Assembly (NCBI RefSeq): GCF_011045215.1 | Contig: NZ_CP049201.1 | DNA from: Escherichia coli | Lineage (GTDB): Bacteria > Pseudomonadota > Gammaproteobacteria > Enterobacterales > Enterobacteriaceae | DNA: 64,000 bases | Direction: 5' to 3' (one strand) | In this document: in pieces, positions 11,401 to 19,598 of the stretch | Layout of the letters: every line of letters begins with the position of its first letter | How positions within the stretch are numbered: position 1 is the first letter of the stretch | The notes under the pieces: model-generated | Database searches by the model: none | What the model was told of the DNA's origin: nothing | Seen by the model: the letters and a program-made list of their open reading frames with translations, nothing else | Translations under genes and position numbers: made by a program

Positions 11401-14400
11401 ATTCTGCGTGTGGCGATTGATAAACTGCAGGGCGTTCAGCGTAATGGCAGAACCACTGCGAATCAGACCAGAGACGTTGTCCACAACGCCCCGTACACTG
11501 TCGAACAGAATGTCGCCCACAGACTGTATCTGTCCGTGGCTGTTCTGCAGGCCTCCCGTATGCAGACGGAGTTCACCTTCACTGACCAGCCGGCCACCCT
11601 CACGGTTATCCAGCGAGGTGGTGCTCAGGTCAGCTGTCGTTTTCGCCCCCACGGTCCCGCCCCGGTTATCCATTGCTCCGGTACTGACAGTCAGTTCCTG
11701 CAGGCTGTTCAGCGTACCCCCTCTGTTATCCAGCGTCCGGCCTGCGCTATTAATGCTGATGCCTTTCCCCTGAATAAGACCGGACTGATTGTTCAGCGCC
11801 AGACTGTTCCGGCCGGGCAGACCGGTCGCCACAATCTGACCATTCGCCACCACCTGACCGGATGTATTGTTAACCACGCCTGCAGTCAGGGACAGCGCAT
11901 CTCCCGACAAAAGCACACCGGCAGTGCTGTCCAGTGTGCCGGCATTCAGCGTCATCGGGCCCTGACTGATAACCCCGCCCCGGTCACCACTGTTACGGTT
12001 GCTCAGTGTGTCAGCACGGAGATTCAGTGTGGCACCGCTCTGTATCAGACCACCTGCATCATTGCTGATATCCGTCGAGGAAAGGGTCAGTGACTGCTGT
12101 GCCACCAGTCTGCCGCCCTGATTATCAGAGCGGGTGACATCCAGCCTGCTGTTACCGTTGCTGACCACCGTCCCCTGCTGATTTTCCAGCACATTCAGGT
12201 GCGCATTCAGGTCCCCGCCGGCGGCAAGCGTCCCTTCCTGATTACTGACATCGCCACCACTCAGCAACATATCCGTCCCGGCCTTCAGTGCGCCTTTCTG
12301 GTTCATCAGCGTACCTGACGATATCTGTAATGACGCCTGACTCCCCAGCACGCCCTGACGGTTATCGAGCGTTCCGGCGTTCAGGGTCATATCCTTCTGA
12401 CCCGCCATAAATCCCTGCTGGTTATTCAGCATACCGGCCCGTACTGTCAGGGTACCGGCGCTGCTGATACCACCCCGTGTTTTCGTGTTCCGGTTACTGA
12501 GAACCCCGTCCTGTACATCCAGCGTCATGTCACTGCCGGACTGAATCAGACCATCATCAGAGACCAGTTCGCTGCCTGACACAGACAGCGTTTTCTGTGA
12601 AAGCAGTCTGCCGGACGTATTATCCAGCGCACCATCCAGCGTCACGGACAGCCCGTCAGACACCACCGTACCCTGGTGGTTATTCAGACTCCCTGCCGAA
12701 ATATCCAGCCTGCCGGCGGACTCCATTCGTCCCTCAGTATTGCTGACAGCCTGCTGTGTTTTTATCCTGCCCGTTCCGGCAGCAGCTGAAATCAGTCCGT
12801 TGTCGTTATTCAGTGCCTGTGTATTAATCAGGATGTCACGGCTGGCAATCAGACTTCCCTGCTGGTTATCCACGGCGCCGGTTGTCCTCACCTGCAGACT
12901 ACCTGACTGCGCCGCCTGCACTTTCCCCCTGCGATTATCAAGGCTCAGTGCATCCAGGCGCACCGCGCCATTTGCCGCAAGCAGCCCTTCCCGGTTATCC
13001 ACACCTCCCGGCAGGTTCAGTGAAAAATCCCCTGTTCCCGTCTGAATCAGTTTACCCCTGTGGTTTGACAGGCTCTGTGCTGATATCTGCAGTGTGTCGG
13101 CATTTATCGTGCCGTCATTATTGCTGAACTGCCCGGCAGTCCGGGCGGAAAGCGTACCGGCACTCAGTTGCGCATTTTGCGTGAACAGATTTCCGCTGCC
13201 TGCATCCAGCTCAGTATGTTGTCCCTGTATCCGGCTGTTGCTTAAATCCAGCCCCTGCCCCTTCAGTTGCATGTCCCCACCGGACAGAACCTGTCCGTGT
13301 GCCGCCAGTTCGCCGGTGGTACTGACAGTCAGGTTGCCCGCTGCCGCCAGACGTCCGTCATCTTTCACCCCGGCGGCCAGCAGACTCCGCTCACCGCCGG
13401 TCAGACGCGCTGTCTGAATCCGGGTGTTGCGACGTGATGCCACAGAGCCTGTATGGGTGAATACACCATCACTCTGTATCTGCGTATCCTGCCCCGCATA
13501 AACAGAACCACTGTTATGCAGCTCCCGGGTTGTCACCAGATGCACATCCGTTTTCGCACTGATACTGCCACTGTTTTCAATTCGTCCGTCAGCCGTCAGG
13601 GTAACCGCCCCTGCCTGCGCACCAATATGACCGGCGTTACGAACACCCACCCCCGTTTCCGTACCGACAAGGCGAATTTTTCCGGCATACATTCCACCAA
13701 GGCTGGACACATCCAGCGCCACCTGTGGCTGCGAAGAGGCATCAGCGGCTTTTTTCTCAGTCTGCCCGTGTGCAATATCCACATTGTTACGTCCGGTGGT
13801 CACTTTCAGGTCCTGCGCCCAGATACCCGCATTAATCTTCACAGACCGGGCAATGATATCGGTATAATCCGTGCGCGAGGCATCCATCCCTTTGCCCGTA
13901 ATCTGAATCTCACCACGTTCAACACTGAATCCGGTCAGACTGCCGTTTTTCATCTGAGGCTGCCCCGTGGTCAGCGTGGCCCGGTTCGCATTAATAAAAC
14001 CGCACCCGTCGCAACTGATGCCGGCCGGGTTCGCAATCACCACCTGCGCCTTTTTCCCGGCAACCTCAACAAAACCGTTCAACTGGCTGGGATTGCGACT
14101 GTTCACTTCATTAAGAATGATTCGGGCCTCTCCCTTCGCCAGCCACGGGTTACCGGCAACCATGCCGCCCAGTTGGGTCTGCACATTTTTATGCGAGTTA
14201 TTCAGAATGACACCCTGATGACTGACATCAAACTGACTGTAAGTATTGTGCGATACCCCACCTGCAGAAGGTGTCTGGATATTGACCTGAGGAATGCCGC
14301 TGGCTGTCTGCGTAATCGTGGGCTGCTGATGCCCCGGTGCGCCATGGTCTGCGACAATGCCTGCAGCACTGACAGAATGCACCATCCCCGAGGCCAGCCA

Positions 14401-14565
14401 CAGGGAGAATGCAAGCGATGTGACACGGCAGATACGTTGCCTGCGTGGATATCCTGTACGGGAGGAGGGTGATGCACCGGCGCGACCGGAACGGGCAATA
14501 TCTGCCACCACCATCAGCATTCCCCGGGCTTTGTTAAAAATAATGCGGTAACAATTTTTGTTCAT
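5491..14565 (-). CDS. cdiA: CdiA contact-dependent inhibition exoprotein (TpsA/filamentous-haemagglutinin family), 3024 aa
   Basis: N-terminal extended signal peptide MNKNCYRIIFNKARGMLMVVADIA; TPS domain; long Gly/Thr/Asn/Ser-rich FHA-type repeats; VENN motif at codons 6247-6258; 251-aa variable C-terminal domain. Confidence 0.95.
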   Translation of the reverse strand: MNKNCYRIIFNKARGMLMVVADIARSGRAGASPSSRTGYPRRQRICRVTSLAFSLWLASGMVHSVSAAGIVADHGAPGHQQPTITQTASGIPQVNIQTPSAGGVSHNTYSQFDVSHQGVILNNSHKNVQTQLGGMVAGNPWLAKGEARIILNEVNSRNPSQLNGFVEVAGKKAQVVIANPAGISCDGCGFINANRATLTTGQPQMKNGSLTGFSVERGEIQITGKGMDASRTDYTDIIARSVKINAGIWAQDLKVTTGRNNVDIAHGQTEKKAADASSQPQVALDVSSLGGMYAGKIRLVGTETGVGVRNAGHIGAQAGAVTLTADGRIENSGSISAKTDVHLVTTRELHNSGSVYAGQDTQIQSDGVFTHTGSVASRRNTRIQTARLTGGERSLLAAGVKDDGRLAAAGNLTVSTTGELAAHGQVLSGGDMQLKGQGLDLSNSRIQGQHTELDAGSGNLFTQNAQLSAGTLSARTAGQFSNNDGTINADTLQISAQSLSNHRGKLIQTGTGDFSLNLPGGVDNREGLLAANGAVRLDALSLDNRRGKVQAAQSGSLQVRTTGAVDNQQGSLIASRDILINTQALNNDNGLISAAAGTGRIKTQQAVSNTEGRMESAGRLDISAGSLNNHQGTVVSDGLSVTLDGALDNTSGRLLSQKTLSVSGSELVSDDGLIQSGSDMTLDVQDGVLSNRNTKTRGGISSAGTLTVRAGMLNNQQGFMAGQKDMTLNAGTLDNRQGVLGSQASLQISSGTLMNQKGALKAGTDMLLSGGDVSNQEGTLAAGGDLNAHLNVLENQQGTVVSNGNSRLDVTRSDNQGGRLVAQQSLTLSSTDISNDAGGLIQSGATLNLRADTLSNRNSGDRGGVISQGPMTLNAGTLDSTAGVLLSGDALSLTAGVVNNTSGQVVANGQIVATGLPGRNSLALNNQSGLIQGKGISINSAGRTLDNRGGTLNSLQELTVSTGAMDNRGGTVGAKTTADLSTTSLDNREGGRLVSEGELRLHTGGLQNSHGQIQSVGDILFDSVRGVVDNVSGLIRSGSAITLNALQFINRHTQNTGQGLEAQTIHITTQDLDNQEGSILADRALTVMADRTLSNNDGVLSSGATLSVSGRQLAFSNRDGVVKAGQSVSVDVGQLGGDGKLLSPGDITLKSNTAFSNSGQTIANGNLTLSVNGDVSNTGSLLAGSRLDLNSIRLENTEKGEISAGQTWLNVTDTLLNRGLIDGKYTHLQANTLTNSGTGRIYGDAVGVSAATFNNLDENGVAATLAGRERVDLGVQTLNNRTHSLIYSAGDMHIGGMLDANGAATGKAGVLNNHSATIEAAGSLTLSAGQINNVNDHFTTERVVVSTEKVTEYQHRGSDVRWNAKDEGVFIDNNSSDGLLNLNTPDDTGHNNDRFTKYEYTRTVEETRVKDSDPGKILSGAGMTVVADKLLNDKSQVVAGGLLDMQAGDVENVSVSGERHVTDKGTSTYYYRIKRKNKNDRQGERISPYEPPPVIQTITLKPGELTSHGQVQGSQVTLSPLKPQGTDVQTGLTGNVDATVAVTDRIPLRPVVSAGEPVILLPGQQFEVSAPQGSIHVAGPDTRLPDSSLFKTNPAVNVPYLVETDPRFTNQKTWLGSDYMQKAFSQNGDNMLKRLGDGFYEQRLIREQVVALTGQRYLDGYSNDEEQFKALMDAGIAFGKQYNLTPGVALTAEQMALLTGDIVWLVNTTVTLPDGSTQTVQVPQVYARVKPGDVNSAGALIAGRDMVMKLDGDLFNSGKLAGKQAVQLSAENIHNQAGTIQGANVSLTARTDINSTGGLLQATDSLLAMAGRDISLTTTTRTAQRDAGQNHFERTSIDSVAGVYVQNDQGRLVLQAGRDMNLTAATVVNQGKDSLTQLSAGRDMTLSTVTTSAQDNITWDKNNRLSQGVTQNTGSTLAGNGDVTLTAGRDMTSQAASLSAQKGLALMAGHDVTLTGAQNTRSLDEYHKVTGNSGMLSKTTTTTHDVTDRRTMTGSELNGDTVSIGAGHNLNVTGSSVAGDNRVSLAAGNNLSIGTLTESNRETHLKQEKKSGLMSSGGVGFSVGSQSLKVTDTATDTTQKGSTVGSVHGDVSLQAGNRLTVNGSDLIAGRDMALSGKEVSITAATDRHVQTHTVEQKTSGLTLALSGTAGSALNTTVETVQAAKSAGNSRLEALQGVKAALSGAQAVQAGRLAEAQGNQKENNNTVGISLSYGSQSSKSEQQSEQTVAKGSTLTAGNNLSIQATGSGVKGVDGDLTIQGGQIKAGNNVLLQANRDVNLVSAENTSKLEGKNTSSGGSVGVGIGVGPGGPGFSLSASANQGKGSEKGNGTTHTETTVDAGNRLTIISGRDTTLTGAQAGGETVKVDAGRHLTLTSEQDSDRYDSKQQNASAGGSFTFGSMSGSASVNLSRDKMHSNYDSVQEQTGIFAGRGGFDVTTGQHTQLNGAVIASTATADKNRLDTGTLGFSDTENRADFKTEHQSAGLSTGGSVAGNFLGNMANNLLVGANHEGHADSTTQSAVSAGNITIRDTQSQKQDVADLNRDVAHANQTLSPIFDREKEQQRLQQAQLIGEIGNQVADIARTEGQIAGEKAKRDPAALNQARAELEAAGKPYTEQDVAQRAYNNGMAASGFGTGGKYQQAIQAATAAVQGLAGGNLSAALAGGAAPYIAEIIKQTTPDGAGRVAAHAVVNAALSLAQGKNALAGAAGAATGEVVGMIATQMYGKPVSELSETEKQTVSTLATVAAGLAGGLVGDSGASAVAGAQSGKTTVENNYLSSKQIDAWSAEMKSCQAKGGDCGGIIKKYEELSTAQQKQLISDCAASPATCQQKYGDVLTDSLAVKQAIDRALGEDIPIKMVYDLTATFAQQMQAEGVVATNKVSEALQEEYGLDEVQAGIVASAAASAFGGISKVKGNSQPKIEQILKPEKNWETARNKALDLVGNLGADSKPVIGRLEVSAGNGKVIGRQSSDGKVGWRVDYDPEKGTHINIWDYSQGKGPGKAVKQVIPFEGNEKSFETILKQLNR
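5494..6258 (-). other. VENN motif plus CdiA-CT polymorphic toxin domain (251 aa)
   Basis: gttgagaataac (VENN) encoded on the minus strand at 6247-6258; Cys-rich segment (SCQAKGGDCGG...DCAASPATCQQ) right after VENN; distinct C-terminal domain ...GWRVDYDPEKGTHINIWDYSQGKG... Confidence 0.8.
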
Positions 14566-14580
14566 TCTGATAAACCTGAC

Positions 14581-15108
14581 TTATCTCTCCGGCACATCCA
14601 CAGCAAGCGGGTGCTGCACACGCCACTGGCGCGCCTCTTCACGACTGACCTGTGCACCCCGGAAATTCATCACCCGCAACCCGGTCTGCTGCCCACGGTG
14701 GTACAGCGAACGCCAGCACAGACGGGGAAAAATATCCTGCCGGACAAGACGACTCATATCCGGGGTATGTCCAAAAGGGGCAATCCAGTCACAGACCCAC
14801 ATCCGGTCGCCGCTGTTCCAGTCCGACTGAGGCATGAGAATTGCCGGCTGCGTAAGATAACGCGCCTCTGCCTCCGGGCTGAGCCAGGCCTGGCTCATGA
14901 AGAAAACCGGTCGCCCCTGCTCTGTTGCCACCACATACTGTCGGTGCTTAATCACCGGCAGCAGCAGGTCCGGCAGGGTATGCAGTGGCGCATCACGATG
15001 CAGGGGGGAGTGCATCCACAACCAGACGGCCGCCCCCAGGACTTCCGCCTCATTGACCGGCTCACCGGAATACAGGGGACTCAGAACGTCATATTTCCCG
15101 TTACGCAT
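14581..15108 (-). CDS. cdiC: CdiC, HlyC/TAAT-family lysine acyltransferase
   Basis: 175 aa; WLWMHSPLHRD ... HRQYVV ... WNSGDRMWVCDWIAPFGH closely parallel the HlyC motifs (WLWASSPLHRN ... NQYVLL ... WTSGDRKWFIDWIAPFGD, recalled from memory); sits between cdiB and cdiA. Confidence 0.85.
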   Translation of the reverse strand: MRNGKYDVLSPLYSGEPVNEAEVLGAAVWLWMHSPLHRDAPLHTLPDLLLPVIKHRQYVVATEQGRPVFFMSQAWLSPEAEARYLTQPAILMPQSDWNSGDRMWVCDWIAPFGHTPDMSRLVRQDIFPRLCWRSLYHRGQQTGLRVMNFRGAQVSREEARQWRVQHPLAVDVPER

Positions 15109-15117
15109 GAAACTTTC

Positions 15118-16857
15118 TCAGAAATCCCGGAACAGATTAAAACCGGCTGTCACATCACTCGTCATAAAACCCGCCGGCTTTGAAAACGGACGACCGATGA
15201 AAACGTCATAATCCGTACTGAACAGTTGCCCCCTCAGCCCCACAACACCACCAGCCAGATGACGTCCCACCAGGTATTCACTGCCGGCTCCCCCCACCTC
15301 GCCGTAATCCATTCCCAGATATAACTCCTGCTCCGGCAGTGGCGTACGCCAGGCCAGGTCGTTGCGGATATACCAGCCGTTACTGGCATTCAGCGTTCGC
15401 TCCCCGTCAAAACCACGAACCGTCCAGCGGTTACCGATGGCAAACTGTTCCTGTGGGGTCAGCGGGGTATTGCTCAGCTGGCGCTGATACCGGAAGGAAT
15501 AACTGAAGGGCTGCCCTGCAAGGGTAAAGGGCAGATTAAAGGATGCATTCAACTGCAGGATCTTACTGAGCGCCGTTGCCTCACCGAACGTTTCTTCCGG
15601 CGCCGGCTGTGCACCAAACCAGCGGGTTCCCCGTTGCCAGCTGACACCAGCATCCAGTGTGGCCTGAGAAATATAATGACGGTGCTGCAGCCCAAGTCGC
15701 CAGGCCGCTGTCTGCCGGCGCTGCACCTGGATTTCCGTATCATTAATGTAGTTACGCGACCTGCGGGCCTGAACATCGTAGGTCAGCACCGTTTTCTGCG
15801 TCCCGTTACGGTGCAGTACCCGGCTCAGCTGCATACCCAGATTCTGACTCTCGCCACTGTACTGGTAATCCTCAACCGCACCAGCTACCGTCTGATGGTA
15901 ATCGTAATCACTGGCGGTGACGGAAAACTGCCAGTAGCCGAAAGGCACAGAGTAATGGGCCGTGTAGTTTTTACTGCCCTTACCCCCGTAATGTGGAAAA
16001 TTACGGGTGGCAGAAACATACAGCAGGTCACTCAGGGAAAAAGGATTATCCAGAGAAAATGTTATACCACCGAGATAACGCCCTGTGCTGCGGGTACCTG
16101 AATCATCAAGCGAAAACCCCAGTCGCCAGTATTTGTCCTGTTTGCGGGTAATAAGAATGTCACTTTCCCCTGGCTGCTCACCGGGTACAATTTCCATATC
16201 AGCCTGCACACCCGGCAGTCGTTGCATATTCTCCAGCCCCTGCTCAATGTCCCGTAAATCCAGCAGAGAACCTTCGTGTGCCGGGAATGAGGAATACAAC
16301 TGAATATAGTCATCACTGTCCGGTGTCAGACGCACATGTCGCACAACACCGGGAATAACAACCAGCCGGAGGATACCGCTTTTTAAATCCTGCGAAGGTG
16401 CCAGAACACGGGTGGTGACATAACCATGATCGACCAGACGGTTCTGCAATGTACTCATCAGCAGATTAATTCCTTTCGCCCCCAGGCAATGCCCGACCGC
16501 CCCGTTGGCGATTTTTTGTAAAGGCAGCCAGTGTGGTAACGCATCAGCCCCCTCCAGTTCCGTCTGTTTAATCTGAAAACAGGGCGTTTCAACAGGAAAA
16601 TTAATCTTACGGGCAAAAGAGCCAGGTGCAGAAAGGCGAACATCAGGGGCTGAAGGCGTCAGTTGTTGCTCAAGGGCTTCCTGACGCTGCTGCTGAATGA
16701 TAAATGCATTATCTCCGCTACGCCGGACATCCGCGGCCTGAAGAGATAAAGGCGATAATAAAACAGACATCAGTGTCAGTGACAGCAAGGACGGACAGCG
16801 CCGGAATACGCTTTGTTCCTCAGCCCTCTCGTTCCTGCAACATAATTTTCCAGTCAA
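15118..16857 (-). CDS. cdiB: CdiB outer-membrane TpsB transporter (ShlB/FhaC/HecB family)
   Basis: 579 aa; signal peptide; POTRA-like N-terminal region and beta-barrel C-terminus ending in an aromatic residue; immediately upstream of cdiC-cdiA. Confidence 0.9.
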   Translation of the reverse strand: MTGKLCCRNERAEEQSVFRRCPSLLSLTLMSVLLSPLSLQAADVRRSGDNAFIIQQQRQEALEQQLTPSAPDVRLSAPGSFARKINFPVETPCFQIKQTELEGADALPHWLPLQKIANGAVGHCLGAKGINLLMSTLQNRLVDHGYVTTRVLAPSQDLKSGILRLVVIPGVVRHVRLTPDSDDYIQLYSSFPAHEGSLLDLRDIEQGLENMQRLPGVQADMEIVPGEQPGESDILITRKQDKYWRLGFSLDDSGTRSTGRYLGGITFSLDNPFSLSDLLYVSATRNFPHYGGKGSKNYTAHYSVPFGYWQFSVTASDYDYHQTVAGAVEDYQYSGESQNLGMQLSRVLHRNGTQKTVLTYDVQARRSRNYINDTEIQVQRRQTAAWRLGLQHRHYISQATLDAGVSWQRGTRWFGAQPAPEETFGEATALSKILQLNASFNLPFTLAGQPFSYSFRYQRQLSNTPLTPQEQFAIGNRWTVRGFDGERTLNASNGWYIRNDLAWRTPLPEQELYLGMDYGEVGGAGSEYLVGRHLAGGVVGLRGQLFSTDYDVFIGRPFSKPAGFMTSDVTAGFNLFRDF

Positions 16858-17448
16858 ACGAAAAACCTTTTATTCATGTCATACCAACAATCACCAGCCT
16901 CCTGACGATACCTCCCACCATGTTTTGCGATGGTACGCTACCGCCCTTCCGGTATTTACCCGCATCAACCGGTACCAGAATGTTGAGTAATAAATTTGTC
17001 AACTCTGAATTGGTTTAATTTTGATCATTATAGAATGAAGATCTGAAAATTCTCAATATTGCAGACATATCGATCGATATGTAGTTATCACGTAGTTATT
17101 TATTCCAACTAATATCGCAAAAGCAGCATATTGCAAAACTTATAACCACGGAGAACAAAAAACGACAGAAAATTATTCCGTAAGATGCTTCAAATACAGC
17201 CAGTCAACACTGAAAAAAGTGATTTTTGATTAAAATCATTGAAGTTTATGCAGTACAGAATCTGAGCGGTTCTCAGCGAAAGTCAGAAGAAAGGGAGGTG
17301 AGGTAAAAGGCAGAAATCAGAGTGACAGGAATGCACAAAAAGCAAAAAAAAATCAACAAAACAATAAATTAACATACCCCGAAAAAGCATCCGCAACGTA
17401 CCGGGTAATAACAACAATATCGTGTAAAACAACATTGTTCCGGAAGTT

Positions 17449-17640
17449 ATGTCTGAAGATATCCCGTTACCCAAAGTCGGTCAGCGATACAGAGACGATC
17501 ATGGTGCGCTTGTCACCGTAACCAGTGTTGAGGAAACCCGGGTGGTATTTATGCGGGACGGCTATCCACATCCCTGTATGCGGCCAATGTACAACTTTCC
17601 AGGAAAATTCAAACCCGAACCCCGGGAAGAAACAGAATAA
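17449..17640 (+). CDS. Hypothetical small protein (63 aa)
   Basis: ORF with a compact protein-like sequence (MSEDIPLPKVGQRYRDDHG...); no recognised domain. Confidence 0.3.
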   Translation: MSEDIPLPKVGQRYRDDHGALVTVTSVEETRVVFMRDGYPHPCMRPMYNFPGKFKPEPREETE

Positions 17641-17692
17641 AACGAAATTCCTGCCGGCAATCACACTGCCTGATGGCAGCATAATCCACTTT

Positions 17693-17926
17693 TTAATTCT
17701 CATCCCCGAAGACAAGCCCAGAAAACCACTCCGGGTGTTCACTGTATGCCGTGTTCAGCGCATCCCAGGAAACGTTTATATAAAAGCTGTCCTGCAATCT
17801 GCGGGTAACAACTTCTGCCAGGCGATTCCGGTTATCCGCCAGTCCGGCATAACCTCTCTCTGCCAGCCACTCATTCAGTTCATGTTCCAGAGACAGATTG
17901 ATAATATCGTAATCGGACCTTGCCAT
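17693..17926 (-). CDS. Hypothetical small protein (77 aa)
   Basis: ORF downstream of and co-oriented with the 207-aa gene; amphipathic, protein-like composition. Confidence 0.35.
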   Translation of the reverse strand: MARSDYDIINLSLEHELNEWLAERGYAGLADNRNRLAEVVTRRLQDSFYINVSWDALNTAYSEHPEWFSGLVFGDEN

Positions 17927-18012
17927 TCCCGTTTCCTTAGCACATGTTTTCAGGCACGGGTAAAAGTATAAAGAATGTCATACTGCTGCCAGAGCCCCCC
18001 CTGATGGTCGTA

Positions 18013-18636
18013 TCAGAGATGGTATGCCGGCACTTTGCGGGTTGTTCCCGTCAGGTTATCGTGCACCTCCACATTCGTTGTCACTACCGGCATTCCGCTC
18101 TGTCTTAATCTCAGGACATCAGCCGCAATACGCTGACTGCCAGACCAGAACAGCCCGTCCAGTGCGGTCACCAGTAAACCTGCTTCCAGCGCATACTTCA
18201 GCCGTTCACGGGACGCTTTCACTTCCCGGGCAACCTGCTGATATGGCAATGATGTGTTTTCATTCCCAACCACGCGACGAATACGGTGAGACAGATGATA
18301 CCGGAATGTATCCGGCACACCCGAAAGGCTGGCCTTCAGGCTGTACACGCAGCCAAACCGTTTATCGTTGAACACCACATTTTTCTGGCTGATGCCCCAT
18401 TCTTCACGCAGCGCGGCAATCAGTTGTGGTGTCCGGGTAAGCAGCAAGCGAAAAGGCAGCTCAAAACTGGTGACGTAATCCACATTCAGCAGTGCAATAC
18501 GCAGCCGTTCTTCTGGCCCGGCCCCTGTCTGCCGGCACTCATCCAGAACATCCTGCCACTGCCGACGAAGACGTGGAGATTCATTCAGTTCTGTAAAACA
18601 GTATTTATTCACCAGATAATCAATTCGTGTACGCAT
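18013..18636 (-). CDS. Hypothetical protein (207 aa)
   Basis: ORF with balanced composition; no recognisable motif. Confidence 0.45.
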   Translation of the reverse strand: MRTRIDYLVNKYCFTELNESPRLRRQWQDVLDECRQTGAGPEERLRIALLNVDYVTSFELPFRLLLTRTPQLIAALREEWGISQKNVVFNDKRFGCVYSLKASLSGVPDTFRYHLSHRIRRVVGNENTSLPYQQVAREVKASRERLKYALEAGLLVTALDGLFWSGSQRIAADVLRLRQSGMPVVTTNVEVHDNLTGTTRKVPAYHL

Positions 18637-18895
18637 AATATAGATTCAGGAAACAATAAAAGCTGAATAAGCCCATATTTCATTGGGAAAACTGCAGTGT
18701 CAATACCAAAATGTTGCTCAAATCGTAGTAGAAGTATGGGATGTAGCGTTCAGGGTATTAAGAAACTTTTAGTTGACTACGATTGGTAAAATACATTAAT
18801 TTTTATTGCGGTTGCGTTTAATAGACTGCGGAGCGTGTTAACGCTCTAAATAAAAGTACTTAAGATGGCATAAATGTTACAAGACCAGGATAATT

Positions 18896-19291
18896 ATGGC
18901 TGAATTTACTGTAAGATCGAAGGATGAACTCGAAAAAGCTCAAAACAGCAGAGCTGAAATTATAATTATTGAAGGAGAGTTAGCAAATAAAATTAAAAAA
19001 GCAAAGGCTGTAACAAAAGTAAGTGGTGTTGTTATTGCTGCCATGATCGCAACTTGTGCTACTATTCCACTCACTGGTGGAGGTTCTGTTTTAGCTGTTA
19101 GTTCTTTAGCTGCATTATCCGGACTTGATATCGCTGTTATTATTGCTGCAGCATCCATTGGTATTGCTCTGGTTATTACTGTTTTCCGCGATTACGAAGA
19201 AATTGAATTTAGCAATGGAAAGATGATATTAAAGTTAAAACGTAAAAAAACTGAGTCTACAACTGACAAAAATGAGAAAAAGCAGAAGTGA
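18896..19291 (+). CDS. Hypothetical small membrane protein (131 aa, two predicted TM helices, Lys-rich tail)
   Basis: AT-rich ORF; hydrophobic segments VSGVVIAAMIATCATIPL and LDIAVIIAAASIGIALVITVF. Confidence 0.45.
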   Translation: MAEFTVRSKDELEKAQNSRAEIIIIEGELANKIKKAKAVTKVSGVVIAAMIATCATIPLTGGGSVLAVSSLAALSGLDIAVIIAAASIGIALVITVFRDYEEIEFSNGKMILKLKRKKTESTTDKNEKKQK

Positions 19292-19598
19292 AAGGTCTGT
19301 GCATCGGAATATGAACATATTTTAGTAATATTTTAATAAATCGTAAAGCCTCTATATTCAGAACCACGAAATAGAGGTGTTTTAAACTGCAACTGTTATC
19401 TCAATTTTTATCGAGGCGCCATTAAAACAAATACCCCGTTCTGCTGTTTTCTGATTATGCCATGAGATTAAAAACACTAATTTTTGATTGAATTGTATAT
19501 ATACATTGTAATACAAGATTTAAATACATATTTCTTCTTTTTTATCTGTAATCTATTATTATCAATAATCACATGAACAATATCAGAGGCAACACATT

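Noticed and set aside
5554-14551. Many plus-strand ORFs of 60-370 aa (e.g. 6508-7626, 10501-11187, 11368-12093, 13453-14472) overlapping cdiA
   Set aside because: They lie antisense within a 9-kb GC-rich repetitive CDS, have Cys/Arg/Pro-rich nonsense-like composition and no start context; they are shadow frames of cdiA.
5491-14565. Possible CRISPR array suggested by periodic repeats
   Set aside because: The periodicity is protein-coding (beta-helical FHA repeats in cdiA, and likewise in the TpsA gene), not short direct repeats with unique spacers; no cas genes present.
17467-17971. Overlapping ORFs 17467-17742 (minus, 91 aa) and 17525-17971 (plus, 148 aa)
   Set aside because: They overlap the more protein-like 63-aa and 77-aa ORFs and have low-complexity Cys/Pro-rich composition; treated as spurious, though the true coding frame here remains uncertain.
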